Shown: positions 35,709 through 44,785 of the stretch, piece by piece
Position numbering within the stretch: position 1 is the first letter of the stretch
Layout of the letters: every line of letters begins with the position of its first letter
From: Clostridiales bacterium
Lineage (GTDB): Bacteria > Bacillota > Limnochordia > Darwinibacteriales > B1SED10-159
Length of the DNA: 64,000 bases
Assembly: GCA_003559095.1 (NCBI GenBank)
Contig: PWMW01000057.1
Location: forward strand, 6,538 to 70,537
Direction: 5' to 3'
The notes under the pieces: generated by a model
What the model was told of the DNA's origin: nothing
What the model saw: the letters and a program-made list of their open reading frames with translations, nothing else
The model's database searches: none
Translations under genes and position numbers: made by a program

Positions 35709-36383
35709 ATGGATGTGTTTGATACCCGCGGAGACAGAGAATCTTTTGGTCGGCACAATCTGGGAAGTCGTGTCTTCTACCGTCTGCGGGAAGATATTCT
35801 TAATGGCAAGTACGCGCCCGGTGAGGCCCTGCGGGAAGGGAAGATTTCGCAGGAGCTCGGCGTTAGCCGGACACCAGTGCGGGAGGCTATCCGACAATTG
35901 GAGTTGGAGGGACTCGTCTCACTGTACCCTCATCGGGGCGCTGTGGTTACGGGTATCAGCGAAAAGGATATCCGCGACATCTTTGCCATCCGTTCCCATC
36001 TTGAAGGCATGGCCGCGCTGTGGGCGGCTGAACATATGACCGATGACCAGTTCCAGGAACTGAAGGACGTCGTGGAACTGATGGACTTCTACACCGCCCG
36101 GCACAGCCTCAACAAACTGGTGGATTTGGACAGCCGATTTCATGAGATCATCTACGAGGCCTCGGATAGCAACCCCCTGCATCACGTGCTCTCGTCGTTT
36201 CATTACTTTGTGCAGCGGGCCCGCATGGCGTCGCTATCCACCCCAGGCCGGGCGGAGTTAGTGGTACAAGAACACCGGGCTATTCTGGACGCATTGGCTG
36301 CCGGCGACGGGCCCCGGGCTCAACAGTGCATCAACCAGCATGTGCGTAACGCAGCGGCCAATGTACACAAGGAAACTCCATAG
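35709..36383 (+). CDS. GntR-family regulator, FadR subfamily (FCD domain)
   Basis: LREGKISQELGVSRTPVREAIRQLELEGLV HTH with an all-helical C-terminal domain. ATG behind GAGGAGG. Confidence 0.85.
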   Translation: MDVFDTRGDRESFGRHNLGSRVFYRLREDILNGKYAPGEALREGKISQELGVSRTPVREAIRQLELEGLVSLYPHRGAVVTGISEKDIRDIFAIRSHLEGMAALWAAEHMTDDQFQELKDVVELMDFYTARHSLNKLVDLDSRFHEIIYEASDSNPLHHVLSSFHYFVQRARMASLSTPGRAELVVQEHRAILDALAAGDGPRAQQCINQHVRNAAANVHKETP

Positions 36384-36603
36384 AGTTGGCAGCTCCAGCT
36401 TTTTGATGATCTTCCGGGTGCAGCGAGGCCGTTCAGGCTGCGGGTGAGCCACAGCTGGTTACTTGGGCGGTCGATCTGCACATAGGGTAGGACCTCTTTG
36501 AAAAAGCGATGGGAACTTTTGCTTCCCGTTGCTTTTTTGCAGGATTCTCGAAAGACTTTCTTGTAATCTATAGCAAGGTATCAGAAAGGAATGATGATAG
36601 ATT

Positions 36604-37125
36604 ATGGATGCTCTGCAGGCCATATGTGAGCGGCGCTCAATTCGGGATTTTCTGCCCAAAACGCTGGAGCGCAGCACAGTGGAAGAGTTAGTGGAAGCGG
36701 CCAGTTTTGCCCCTTCGGCCCATAATGGGCAGCCGTGGGAGTTCATCTTCGTTGAGGACCGTGAAGTCTTGGATGCTCTCAATGAAGGTCGCAAATATAC
36801 CAGAATGCTGCTGCATGCCCCCGGTGCCTTTATCGTTTGTGCCAAGTTTCCGGAAAAACCGCGCCAGCCCAAGGGTGACGGCGTGGAATATTTCAGCATT
36901 CAAGACACTGCTGCTGCCATTCAGAACCTCCTCTTGGCGGCTCACGCCAAAGGCTTGGGAACGTGCTGGATCGGAGACTTTGATGAAGATGTGCTGCGGG
37001 AACTATTCAAAATTCCCCAGGGCTATGCTCCCGTGGCAGTGATCGCCGTGGGATATCCCAAGTACACGCCCAATGCCCGCCCCCGCCGTCCCGTCAAAGA
37101 AATCCTCCATTGGGGTACGTTCTAG
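36604..37125 (+). CDS. Nitroreductase-family flavoprotein
   Basis: RRSIRDF, APSAHNGQPW and GLGTCWIG motifs. Confidence 0.8.
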   Translation: MDALQAICERRSIRDFLPKTLERSTVEELVEAASFAPSAHNGQPWEFIFVEDREVLDALNEGRKYTRMLLHAPGAFIVCAKFPEKPRQPKGDGVEYFSIQDTAAAIQNLLLAAHAKGLGTCWIGDFDEDVLRELFKIPQGYAPVAVIAVGYPKYTPNARPRRPVKEILHWGTF

Positions 37126-37127
37126 CC

Positions 37128-37841
37128 ATGGTGAGCTTTGCGCCGATTCGCAGTGAACGAGTGTACGAAAAGGTCGTGCAGCAGGTGCAGACCCTGATGT
37201 TGGACGGGCAGTTGAAGCGGGGCGATCGTCTGCCGCCAGAACGGGATATGGTGGCGCAGCTGGGAATCAGCAGGGCCAGTCTGCGGGAAGCGTACAGTGC
37301 CTTGGAACTGGTGGGTCTTATCGAGACCCGTCCTCGGGAAGGAACGTTCATTAAAGAAGAAACTGGTCAAGGTATTCATCCCCTGTCACTGTTCTTTTTG
37401 GCCGAGGACAATTTCCATGACGACTTTCTCGAACTTCGCCGCCTCCTCGAGCTGCAGGTGGCCGCCTTGGCAGCGGAGAAGATGGATCCCGAGGCGGTAC
37501 AAGCCCTGCACCAATGCGTGGCGCGCATGGCTGCGGCCGTCGATGATACCATCAGCATCGAAGAGGACAAGGAATTTCACCGACTCTTGGCCAACGGCAG
37601 TGGTAATCGCATGTTAATGGCTTTGGTGCAGGCCATTGGCCATGTGGTGGACCACCACATCGAAGCCAATCGTATCCACTGGTTTCGCGAATCGGAACAG
37701 CGACAACAGCTCTTGGAGATCCATACCCGAATCGCTAATGCTGTGGATGCTGGGGAGTCCGGGCAAGCTCGTCGGTGGATGGAAGAACACTTTCAGTTAG
37801 TGGATCAGATGCGATCCCTGCAGGAGAATGTCGAGGTTTAG
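37128..37841 (+). CDS. GntR-family regulator, FadR subfamily, LldR/PdhR-like (lctA-like)
   Basis: PPERDMVAQLGISRASLREAYSALELVGLIETRPREGTFI. It lies immediately upstream of the etf/LDH genes. Confidence 0.8.
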   Translation: MVSFAPIRSERVYEKVVQQVQTLMLDGQLKRGDRLPPERDMVAQLGISRASLREAYSALELVGLIETRPREGTFIKEETGQGIHPLSLFFLAEDNFHDDFLELRRLLELQVAALAAEKMDPEAVQALHQCVARMAAAVDDTISIEEDKEFHRLLANGSGNRMLMALVQAIGHVVDHHIEANRIHWFRESEQRQQLLEIHTRIANAVDAGESGQARRWMEEHFQLVDQMRSLQENVEV

Positions 37842-37877
37842 TGGGACGGGTGCTGAACCGGTTTTTTTGCAGGTCCT

Positions 37878-37888
37878 TGGTCTGACCA
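37878..37888. promoter_or_regulatory. FadR/LldR-type operator TGGTCTGACCA
   Basis: A perfect TGGT-N3-ACCA palindrome 25 nt upstream of the etfB start. Confidence 0.6.
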
Positions 37889-37912
37889 TAAGTCCAAGAA
37901 GGGGGACTGCGT

Positions 37913-38734
37913 GTGCATATAGTGGTGTGTATCAAACAAGTGCCTGAGAGTCGCGACGTGGAAATGGACCCTGTAACCGGTTCGCTGCTGCGGGAAGGTG
38001 CGGCATCGGTAATGAACCCGTTCGATCTCTATGGACTGGAGGCGGCATTGGCCCTCAAAGAGCGGTATGGCGGTCAGGTAACGGTAATTACCATGGGTCC
38101 TCCCCAAGCGGAAGAAGTGATCCGTGAAGCTTACATGATGGGAGCCGATCGTGGCATCATGCTCTCAGACCGGGCCTTTGCCGGTGCCGATACCCTGGCC
38201 ACGGCGTACACATTGGCGCAGGGTATTGCCCGCATCGAGTCTGTGGATCTGATCATCTGCGGGCTGCAGACCACGGACGGCGATACGGCTCAGGTGGGCC
38301 CCGGGATGGCGGAATTTCTGGATCTTCCTCATGAGTCTGCTGTGGCAGCCATTCGCGGTGTTGATGAGGCAGGGTTGTGGGTGCAGCGAGATATGGGCAG
38401 TACTATCATGGAGCTGTCGCTGCAGCTGCCCTGCCTGATCACAGTCACAAAGACGGTGAATCAACCGCGGCTGTTGTCCTTTCGCAGAAAATTAGCTACC
38501 AAGGACTGGCCTGTCGAAATCTGGGGTCGGAGCCATATTGCTGCCGAAACAGGCGGATACTTCGGTCTGGACATGTCGCCAACACAAGTGGAGCGCATGT
38601 TCCCTCCGGAGTCCCACAGTCACCATGAGCGTTGGGAAGGCAGTGCTGAAGAGCTTTCGCAGCGCCTGCAGCAGTGGCTGATGGATGAGAAATTCATCGA
38701 ACAGGAGGTGGAGCCATGGGCATCAAAGTCATAG
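37913..38734 (+). CDS. etfB: Electron transfer flavoprotein beta subunit (LctB-like)
   Basis: MHIVVCIKQVPE...NPFDLYGLEAAL pattern. GTG start. Confidence 0.85.
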   Translation: MHIVVCIKQVPESRDVEMDPVTGSLLREGAASVMNPFDLYGLEAALALKERYGGQVTVITMGPPQAEEVIREAYMMGADRGIMLSDRAFAGADTLATAYTLAQGIARIESVDLIICGLQTTDGDTAQVGPGMAEFLDLPHESAVAAIRGVDEAGLWVQRDMGSTIMELSLQLPCLITVTKTVNQPRLLSFRRKLATKDWPVEIWGRSHIAAETGGYFGLDMSPTQVERMFPPESHSHHERWEGSAEELSQRLQQWLMDEKFIEQEVEPWASKS

Positions 38735-39915
38735 AGGAACGCTGTACCGGCTGTGGGCTCTGTCTCGAAGTGTGCCCCTTCGCCGCCATGGAACTGCGCG
38801 ACGGCGTGGTGACCATCAATGAAGCTTGCCGGGTCTGCCGTCTCTGTTTGAAGGCCTGTCCCGAGAGTGCTTTGGAACTGCGAGAAAGTTCTGGACCGAG
38901 CCTAGATCGTGATGCCTTTCAAGGTGTGATGGTGGTGGGTGAACAGCAACAGCAGCATCTGCACCCAGTGACCTTTGAGCTTATGGGCAAAGGCCGGGAA
39001 CTGGCGGATCAGTTGGGGCAGCAGCTCCATGTGGTTTTGATTGGACAGGATCTGACGTCCCATGGTGAACGGCTTTTGGAGTTTGGCGCTGATCGCGTCT
39101 GGCTGGCCGACGCGCCCGAACTGCAGCATTTTCTTGTGGAACCCTATGCCAATGCCGTTGCAGAGGCAGTGCATCGGGTCCAACCAAACATCCTGCTGCT
39201 GGCTGCCACCAATGCCGGCCGTTCTCTAGCACCGCGCTTGGCCGTTCGTCTGCGGACGGGCCTGACGGCCGACTGCACGTACCTGCATGTGAAAGACAAC
39301 GGTGATTTGGTCCAGATCCGTCCAGCCTTTGGCGGTAACGTCATGGCGCAGATTGTCACTCCCAAACACCGTCCACAGATGGCTACGGTCCGCTACAAAA
39401 TGATGGAACCAGCGCGGCCGCAGCGGCGTCCTGGTGCTTCTGTGGAACCCATCCCTCTGCACAGTGATCAACTGCGCTCGGGAGTTACGATCCACTCTGT
39501 GAAAACTCGTAAGGAGCAGCCAAGCATCAGCGAAGCGGAAGTGGTCATAGCTGTGGGTCGGGGGCTCAAGGCCCAAAAAGATCTGCAGTTGGCCTCTGAC
39601 CTAGCGGAACTTTTGGGCGGGCAGGTGGGTGTGACAAGACCGCTGGTGGAGATGGGCTGGGCCGACCACAACCAACAGATCGGACTGAGCGGTCGCAGCA
39701 TTCGACCTAAACTGCTAATCTGCTTTGGGATCTCCGGTGCCGTTCAGTTTAACGCTGGAGCCGCATCCGCCGACTGGATCGTAGCCATTAATGAAGACCC
39801 CGATGCCGCTGTGTTTCAGATTGCCCATTATGGTTTGGTGGGCGATCTTTATGAGATCGTACCCCGCCTAATTCATGGATTGCGAGAACGGAGGGCTCAG
39901 CATGCCGTATTCTAA
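38716..39915 (+). CDS. etfA: Electron transfer flavoprotein alpha subunit with N-terminal 2x[4Fe-4S] ferredoxin domain (LctC-like)
   Basis: CTGCGLCLEVCP and CRVCRLCLKACP are followed by the ETF-alpha FAD domain (GISGAVQF). Confidence 0.85.
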   Translation: MGIKVIEERCTGCGLCLEVCPFAAMELRDGVVTINEACRVCRLCLKACPESALELRESSGPSLDRDAFQGVMVVGEQQQQHLHPVTFELMGKGRELADQLGQQLHVVLIGQDLTSHGERLLEFGADRVWLADAPELQHFLVEPYANAVAEAVHRVQPNILLLAATNAGRSLAPRLAVRLRTGLTADCTYLHVKDNGDLVQIRPAFGGNVMAQIVTPKHRPQMATVRYKMMEPARPQRRPGASVEPIPLHSDQLRSGVTIHSVKTRKEQPSISEAEVVIAVGRGLKAQKDLQLASDLAELLGGQVGVTRPLVEMGWADHNQQIGLSGRSIRPKLLICFGISGAVQFNAGAASADWIVAINEDPDAAVFQIAHYGLVGDLYEIVPRLIHGLRERRAQHAVF

Positions 39916-41308
39916 GTTGACAGAAAGCCATTTGAATGAACTGCGCGGTTTGGTGGGAGAACATTGTATGCTGCTGGGTCCGCAGATCACCGAGGACTAT
40001 CAGCGAGATGAACTGGCCGAAGAACTGTTTTGCCCAGAAGCCGTGGTGATCCCGGAGTCCACGGAACAGGTATCGCAGCTTCTGCAGTGGGCGTCAACCC
40101 ACGGTGTTCCCGTCACAACCCGGGGTTCTGGTACAGGTCTGTGTGGGGGATCCGTGGCGGTGGTTGGGGGTATTGTTTTGTCCACAGCCCGCTTGAACAA
40201 GATCCTAGAGGTCGATGAGCAGAACCTAATGGCTGTGGTGCAGCCGGGTGTGCTGTTGATGGAGTTCCAAAAGCACGTTGAGGATCTGGGTCTGTTCTAC
40301 CCGCCCGACCCAGGGGAAAAAACCGCAACGCTGGGTGGTAATGTCAGTACCAACGCCGGCGGCATGCGGGCTGTCAAATATGGGGTAACCCGCGATTACG
40401 TCATCGGCCTTGAGGCGGTTCTGGCTGACGGCACTATTATCGAAACTGGCGGCAAGGTAGTGAAAAATAGCTCTGGCTACAGTCTCAATCACCTGCTGGT
40501 CGGTGCTGAAGGCACTCTGGCCGTGATCACCAAGATCACCCTAAAGCTGCTTCCCAAACCAGAGAAGCAGATCAGTCTTCTGGTCCCGTTCCCATCGTTA
40601 ACGGCCGCCATTGAGACGGTGCCCAAAATCCTGGCTGCAAAGATCATTCCCACGGCCATTGAGTTCCTGCAGCGAGAAGTTTTGGAGGCTGCCGAGAAGT
40701 ATCTGGGGCGACGTTTTCCGGATTCCTCAGCGCCGGCGTATCTTCTGCTAACCTTCTATGGTCAAAATGTGGTAGAATTAGAAGGTGTTTACGAGAAGAC
40801 GGCCCATGTCTGTCTGGAAGCTGGGGCCGTAGATGTTCTTATTGCCAACAGCCCCGACCGGCAGGAAACCCTCTGGCAGACCCGAGGTGCCTTCCTGGAA
40901 GCGTTGAAGGCCATGAGTGCTTTGGAAGAAGTGGATGTGGTGGTTCCGCCCAGTGCGATCGCGGAGTTTGTTCAGTTCACCAAAGAACTGGAAAAGGAAC
41001 TTGATGTCCGCATTCTCAGTTTCGGTCATGCCGGTGATGGCAACCTTCACGTGTATATTTTGCAGGATGATCTTACAAAAGACGAGTGGCGCCGACGGGC
41101 CCACCAAGCCATGGACGCCATGTACGCCCGAGCGCGAACACTGCGGGGTCAGGTGTCTGGGGAGCACGGAATTGGGTACGCCAAAAGCCCTTATCTCCAG
41201 AACTCATTAGGCTCGATCCAAATGCAGCTTATGCGTGGAATCAAGCAGACCTTTGATCCCAAGGGAATACTCAATCCTGGGAAAATCTGGCGCGAAAACG
41301 TCAATTAA
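39902..41308 (+). CDS. FAD-linked oxidase (GlcD family), probable Etf-dependent lactate dehydrogenase (LctD-like)
   Basis: TRGSGTGLCGG FAD-binding motif and C-terminal GEHGIGYAK. It overlaps the etfA end by 14 nt. Confidence 0.75.
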   Translation: MPYSKLTESHLNELRGLVGEHCMLLGPQITEDYQRDELAEELFCPEAVVIPESTEQVSQLLQWASTHGVPVTTRGSGTGLCGGSVAVVGGIVLSTARLNKILEVDEQNLMAVVQPGVLLMEFQKHVEDLGLFYPPDPGEKTATLGGNVSTNAGGMRAVKYGVTRDYVIGLEAVLADGTIIETGGKVVKNSSGYSLNHLLVGAEGTLAVITKITLKLLPKPEKQISLLVPFPSLTAAIETVPKILAAKIIPTAIEFLQREVLEAAEKYLGRRFPDSSAPAYLLLTFYGQNVVELEGVYEKTAHVCLEAGAVDVLIANSPDRQETLWQTRGAFLEALKAMSALEEVDVVVPPSAIAEFVQFTKELEKELDVRILSFGHAGDGNLHVYILQDDLTKDEWRRRAHQAMDAMYARARTLRGQVSGEHGIGYAKSPYLQNSLGSIQMQLMRGIKQTFDPKGILNPGKIWRENVN

Positions 41309-41468
41309 GTGTCCCGGTTAGACAGCGCCACAAGACACAACGAAGGCAGCCAATCTGCAATGGAGACCTCCCGCATTGTCGGCCTTCTTCTCCCGCTGAC
41401 CTTGACGGTGTTCGGAGTTCTCATTTCCCATGTTAAACATTTAGAATGCTAAATTTGGAGGAGTTCAC

Positions 41469-42734
41469 GTGGAACCACTAGCTCTTGCAGGCGGTCCGAA
41501 AGTCCGCCAGACGCCTTGGGTTTCGGAGTTCCAGGGCGTAGAAGATATCGGACAGGAAGAAAAAGATCGCATTCTCGGGGTGTTGGACAAAAAGCGAATC
41601 TTTCGGTATCTAGCCCGTGGGTACGAAGAATCGGAGGCGTACCAACTGGAGCAGGAGTACAAGGAACTTACAGGGTGCCGTTATGCGTTAGCCATGAACA
41701 GCGGAACCTCTGCCTTGATCAGTGCTTTGATAGGTCTTGGTGTGGGGCCTGGTGATGAGGTGATCGTGCCCGCATTCGCCTGGATAGCCACTGTGTCGGC
41801 AGTGCTGGAAGTGAACGCCGTGCCGGTTCTCTGCGAGATGGACGCGTCTTTGACGTTGGATCCCGCCGATCTGGAGCGCAAGCTTACGCCTCGGACCAAG
41901 GCAGTCATCGCTGTACACATGCGCGGCATCTCCTGTGATATGGACCCTATTTTGGAGATAGCCCGACGCCATGACATCGTAGTTCTCGAGGACACGGCAC
42001 AGGCCAATGGCGGTACATACAAAGGCCGAGCCCTGGGCTCTTTGGGAGCAGCGGGCTGCTTCAGCCTGCAGCAGTACAAAATTGTCACTTCCGGTGAAGG
42101 CGGTATTATGGTCACCGATGATGAGATTGTTTGGCAGCGGGCCGCCCTTTATCACGATTGCGGCCGCAACCCGTTCCATTTTCATGAACTTAAGGTACCT
42201 ACATTCGCTGGGCAGAACTATCGGATTACAGAGCTGCAGGCGGCGCTTTGTCTTGGCCAAATGGAACGAATGCAGCAAATCATTACCAACATGCGAACGC
42301 AAAAACAACAGATCGTTCAAGGATTGTCCGGTATCCCGGGTATCGGTATGAGTTCCGTGTTCGGTACCGAGCGGGACTTAGGCGTCAGTGCAGTATTCAT
42401 GCTGCCGGATGCGCAGACTGCGGTGCAGTTCCGGGAGGCTCTGGAGGCGGAGGGAATTCCCTGTGGGGTGGTTTACAGCCCAGGGCAGCAGAATCTGCAC
42501 ATTTATCCCTTCTGGGATTTTCTGATGGACAAACGTGATGCTTGGGGTAAGGGGCATCCATGGAGCAGTGGGATGTACGCCGGTGACGTCCAATACAGCC
42601 GCGATATGTGCCCGCAGACTTTGGATCTGTTGGGACGGTCCATCCAAATTCGTCTGAACCAGTATGTCCGCCAGCAGGATACAGAGGATCTGGTGACAGC
42701 TGTCGCGAAGGTGGCTGATCATATCTTAAAGTGA
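41469..42734 (+). CDS. DegT/DnrJ/EryC1/StrS-family PLP aminotransferase
   Basis: ALAMNSGTSAL, GDEVIVPAFAW and SLQQYKIVTSGEGG (Lys) motifs. GTG start. Confidence 0.8.
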   Translation: MEPLALAGGPKVRQTPWVSEFQGVEDIGQEEKDRILGVLDKKRIFRYLARGYEESEAYQLEQEYKELTGCRYALAMNSGTSALISALIGLGVGPGDEVIVPAFAWIATVSAVLEVNAVPVLCEMDASLTLDPADLERKLTPRTKAVIAVHMRGISCDMDPILEIARRHDIVVLEDTAQANGGTYKGRALGSLGAAGCFSLQQYKIVTSGEGGIMVTDDEIVWQRAALYHDCGRNPFHFHELKVPTFAGQNYRITELQAALCLGQMERMQQIITNMRTQKQQIVQGLSGIPGIGMSSVFGTERDLGVSAVFMLPDAQTAVQFREALEAEGIPCGVVYSPGQQNLHIYPFWDFLMDKRDAWGKGHPWSSGMYAGDVQYSRDMCPQTLDLLGRSIQIRLNQYVRQQDTEDLVTAVAKVADHILK

Positions 42735-42748
42735 AAAGGAAGGCGTTC

Positions 42749-44101
42749 ATGGAACAGTTGCGGCAGCCCCGGACAAAGACGGGCTTGAGTAAAGAATTGA
42801 TTCGTTTGGCCAGTCCAATGATCTTGGCCAACTTAGCCTACACGCTTCTGGGTGCGGCAGATACGTTTTTCCTAGGACGCGTTAGTACGGTGGCTTTGGG
42901 TGCAGTGGGTTTAGCCAGTATGATGTTCTTGACATTCTCCCTGTTGATGCGGGGTACCATCAATGGCGCTACGACCTTTGTTTCGCGTATGTATGGTGCT
43001 GGCAACAAACCGCAGGCCGGTAAGCACTTCCAGTCGTTTTTGATCTTGTCGTTGGTGATCACGCCCCTGATCTTGTTCCTGCCAACGTTGTTCCGCCTGT
43101 ACTTCGACGCTCTGCGTCCGGACCCCGCCGTGGCGGAGCAGGCACTGCTCTACGTTTCCATTCGTCTTTGGGAAATTCCCTTTTCCTTGTTGGTCACGGC
43201 TTGCATTGGGTTTTTGGTGGGCATTGGCAACAGCCGTACTCCAATGATCCTGTCGTGGATGGCCGTGATTATCAACATCGGTGCTAACTATGTATTGATT
43301 TTTGGTCATTTTGGATTTCCTGCCATGGGCATTGCCGGAGCTGCGTGGGGAACCGTGTTTGCCGTGGCTGTCCAAGCGGCGGCAGCCATCTTCATTGTGT
43401 TCCGACGCTATGGGGAGGAGTATGATCTGGGCTCATGGCAGATGCCACGTCTCCAGACCCTCTGGATCATCGGGAAAGTGGGTCTGCCCATGGGTGTGAC
43501 AGAGTCGATGGAGTTAGCAGCTTTTTCGACGTTCTTCGCTCTCATATCACGCCTGGGTACGGCGGAATTGGCTGCCAGCCAGATTGCCAACCAAGTGGCA
43601 GCTATTGCTTTTATGCCGGGATTTGCCCTCAGCGCGGCTACGGGTTCTTTGGTCGGCCGTTTCATGGGAGCGAACAAGCTCCACCTCTCGCAATCGGTGG
43701 GCTACCGCGGCGCTATCATGGGTGCTGGAGCCATGGGCTTTTTGGGTGTGATGTTCTGGGTGTTTTCGGCCCAGGTCGGCCGCATCTTCACAACGGATCC
43801 CCAGGTGATTGAACTGACCCGCGTCATTATGCGGATGATGGCATTTTATCAGGCGTTTGATGGCTTTAATATCGTGTTTCGCGGTGCCCTTAACGGCGCC
43901 GGGGATACTAGGTTCACGATGGCCATTACTACCATCGGTTCTTGGGCGGTGTTCATACCCAGCGTGTATCTACTGGCCTTTGGGCTTGGTGTGGGTTTGG
44001 TCGGTGCTTGGCTGGGGGCGATATTCTACATTCTCAGCATTGGTCTTGTGTTCTTTGGTCGTTTCTGGCGGGGAAGTTGGAAGACAATCCAGCTCACATA
44101 G
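42749..44101 (+). CDS. MATE-family efflux transporter
   Basis: 12-TM pattern with LGRVSTVALGAVGLA and the second-half repeat. ATG 42749 behind AAGGAAGG (the track starts at GTG 42731). Confidence 0.8.
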   Translation: MEQLRQPRTKTGLSKELIRLASPMILANLAYTLLGAADTFFLGRVSTVALGAVGLASMMFLTFSLLMRGTINGATTFVSRMYGAGNKPQAGKHFQSFLILSLVITPLILFLPTLFRLYFDALRPDPAVAEQALLYVSIRLWEIPFSLLVTACIGFLVGIGNSRTPMILSWMAVIINIGANYVLIFGHFGFPAMGIAGAAWGTVFAVAVQAAAAIFIVFRRYGEEYDLGSWQMPRLQTLWIIGKVGLPMGVTESMELAAFSTFFALISRLGTAELAASQIANQVAAIAFMPGFALSAATGSLVGRFMGANKLHLSQSVGYRGAIMGAGAMGFLGVMFWVFSAQVGRIFTTDPQVIELTRVIMRMMAFYQAFDGFNIVFRGALNGAGDTRFTMAITTIGSWAVFIPSVYLLAFGLGVGLVGAWLGAIFYILSIGLVFFGRFWRGSWKTIQLT

Positions 44102-44250
44102 GTGTGTCGATACACGCAAAGGGATGATTTCGCCGACCGCTCCGTAACCGGAGGGAAGCCGGTCCCTTTTGGCCTAGCGATGACTCATGGGGCCCCTGGG
44201 AGACGGCGAGTGGTTCTGCGGAGGAGGCGGCAGTGGTCATTGAGTCCAGA

Positions 44251-44369
44251 AACGTGTTGATTAAGTACCCTGGCGAGCTCTTAACAAGAGACGCGAAATC
44301 GCTTTAGCTGCGATTTCACCGAGGCTTTTGGCCTGTGTTCGCTCGAATTTCCGGGAAGATCAAAACGTT
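44251..44369 (+). repeat. Copy D of the ~119-nt element
   Basis: aacgtgttgattaagtaccctggcgagctcttaacaagagacgcgaaatcgctttagctgcgatttcaccgaggcttttggcctgtgttcgctcgaatttccgggaagatcaaaacgtt. Confidence 0.85.
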
Positions 44370-44399
44370 CCTAGGATGAGACATTTTTGTACGGGTTGG

Positions 44400-44431
44400 C
44401 CAGGGCCTGCAGCCGTTGCTGCAGGCCCTGG
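44400..44431. other. 14-bp perfect GC-rich hairpin CCAGGGCCTGCAGC-CGTT-GCTGCAGGCCCTGG
   Basis: Read directly, 30 nt downstream of copy D. No clear U-tract on either strand. Confidence 0.6.
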
Positions 44432-44785
44432 TGCGTTTGCCCATGGATCTCTTGGTAAGCCAAACCCAAGCCAAGTTCAACCGATGGTCCTGAACTGTCG
44501 CTGGATCTGCAACAGTCGGCGTACTTACAGGCCGTCATCGGGACCAAGCCCGGGCGTCTCTTGGGGGCCTTGGCCGCGATCATCGGAAGAATCGGCCCAA
44601 CCAGCGGCTTGCAGTAGGAATTAGCGAGCCAATCTCGAAGAAGTACACGAAACGATGAGCAGATAAACATGCTGGTGCCGTTGGATTTCGCTGTGGCCCG
44701 AACATGACCGTTGCCGACGTTTCCTCGGTGGCACTACTGCGGTTCCGGACAATCCAATATTCTGACGAAAAAGGAGTCCTCTTTC

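Noticed and set aside
44371-44670. 99-codon minus-strand ORF in the MATE-ggt gap.
   Set aside because: It has no Shine-Dalgarno sequence and no recognisable family. It contains the 14-bp GC hairpin and is Cys/Arg-rich. It could be a gene remnant but cannot be supported as a CDS from the sequence alone.
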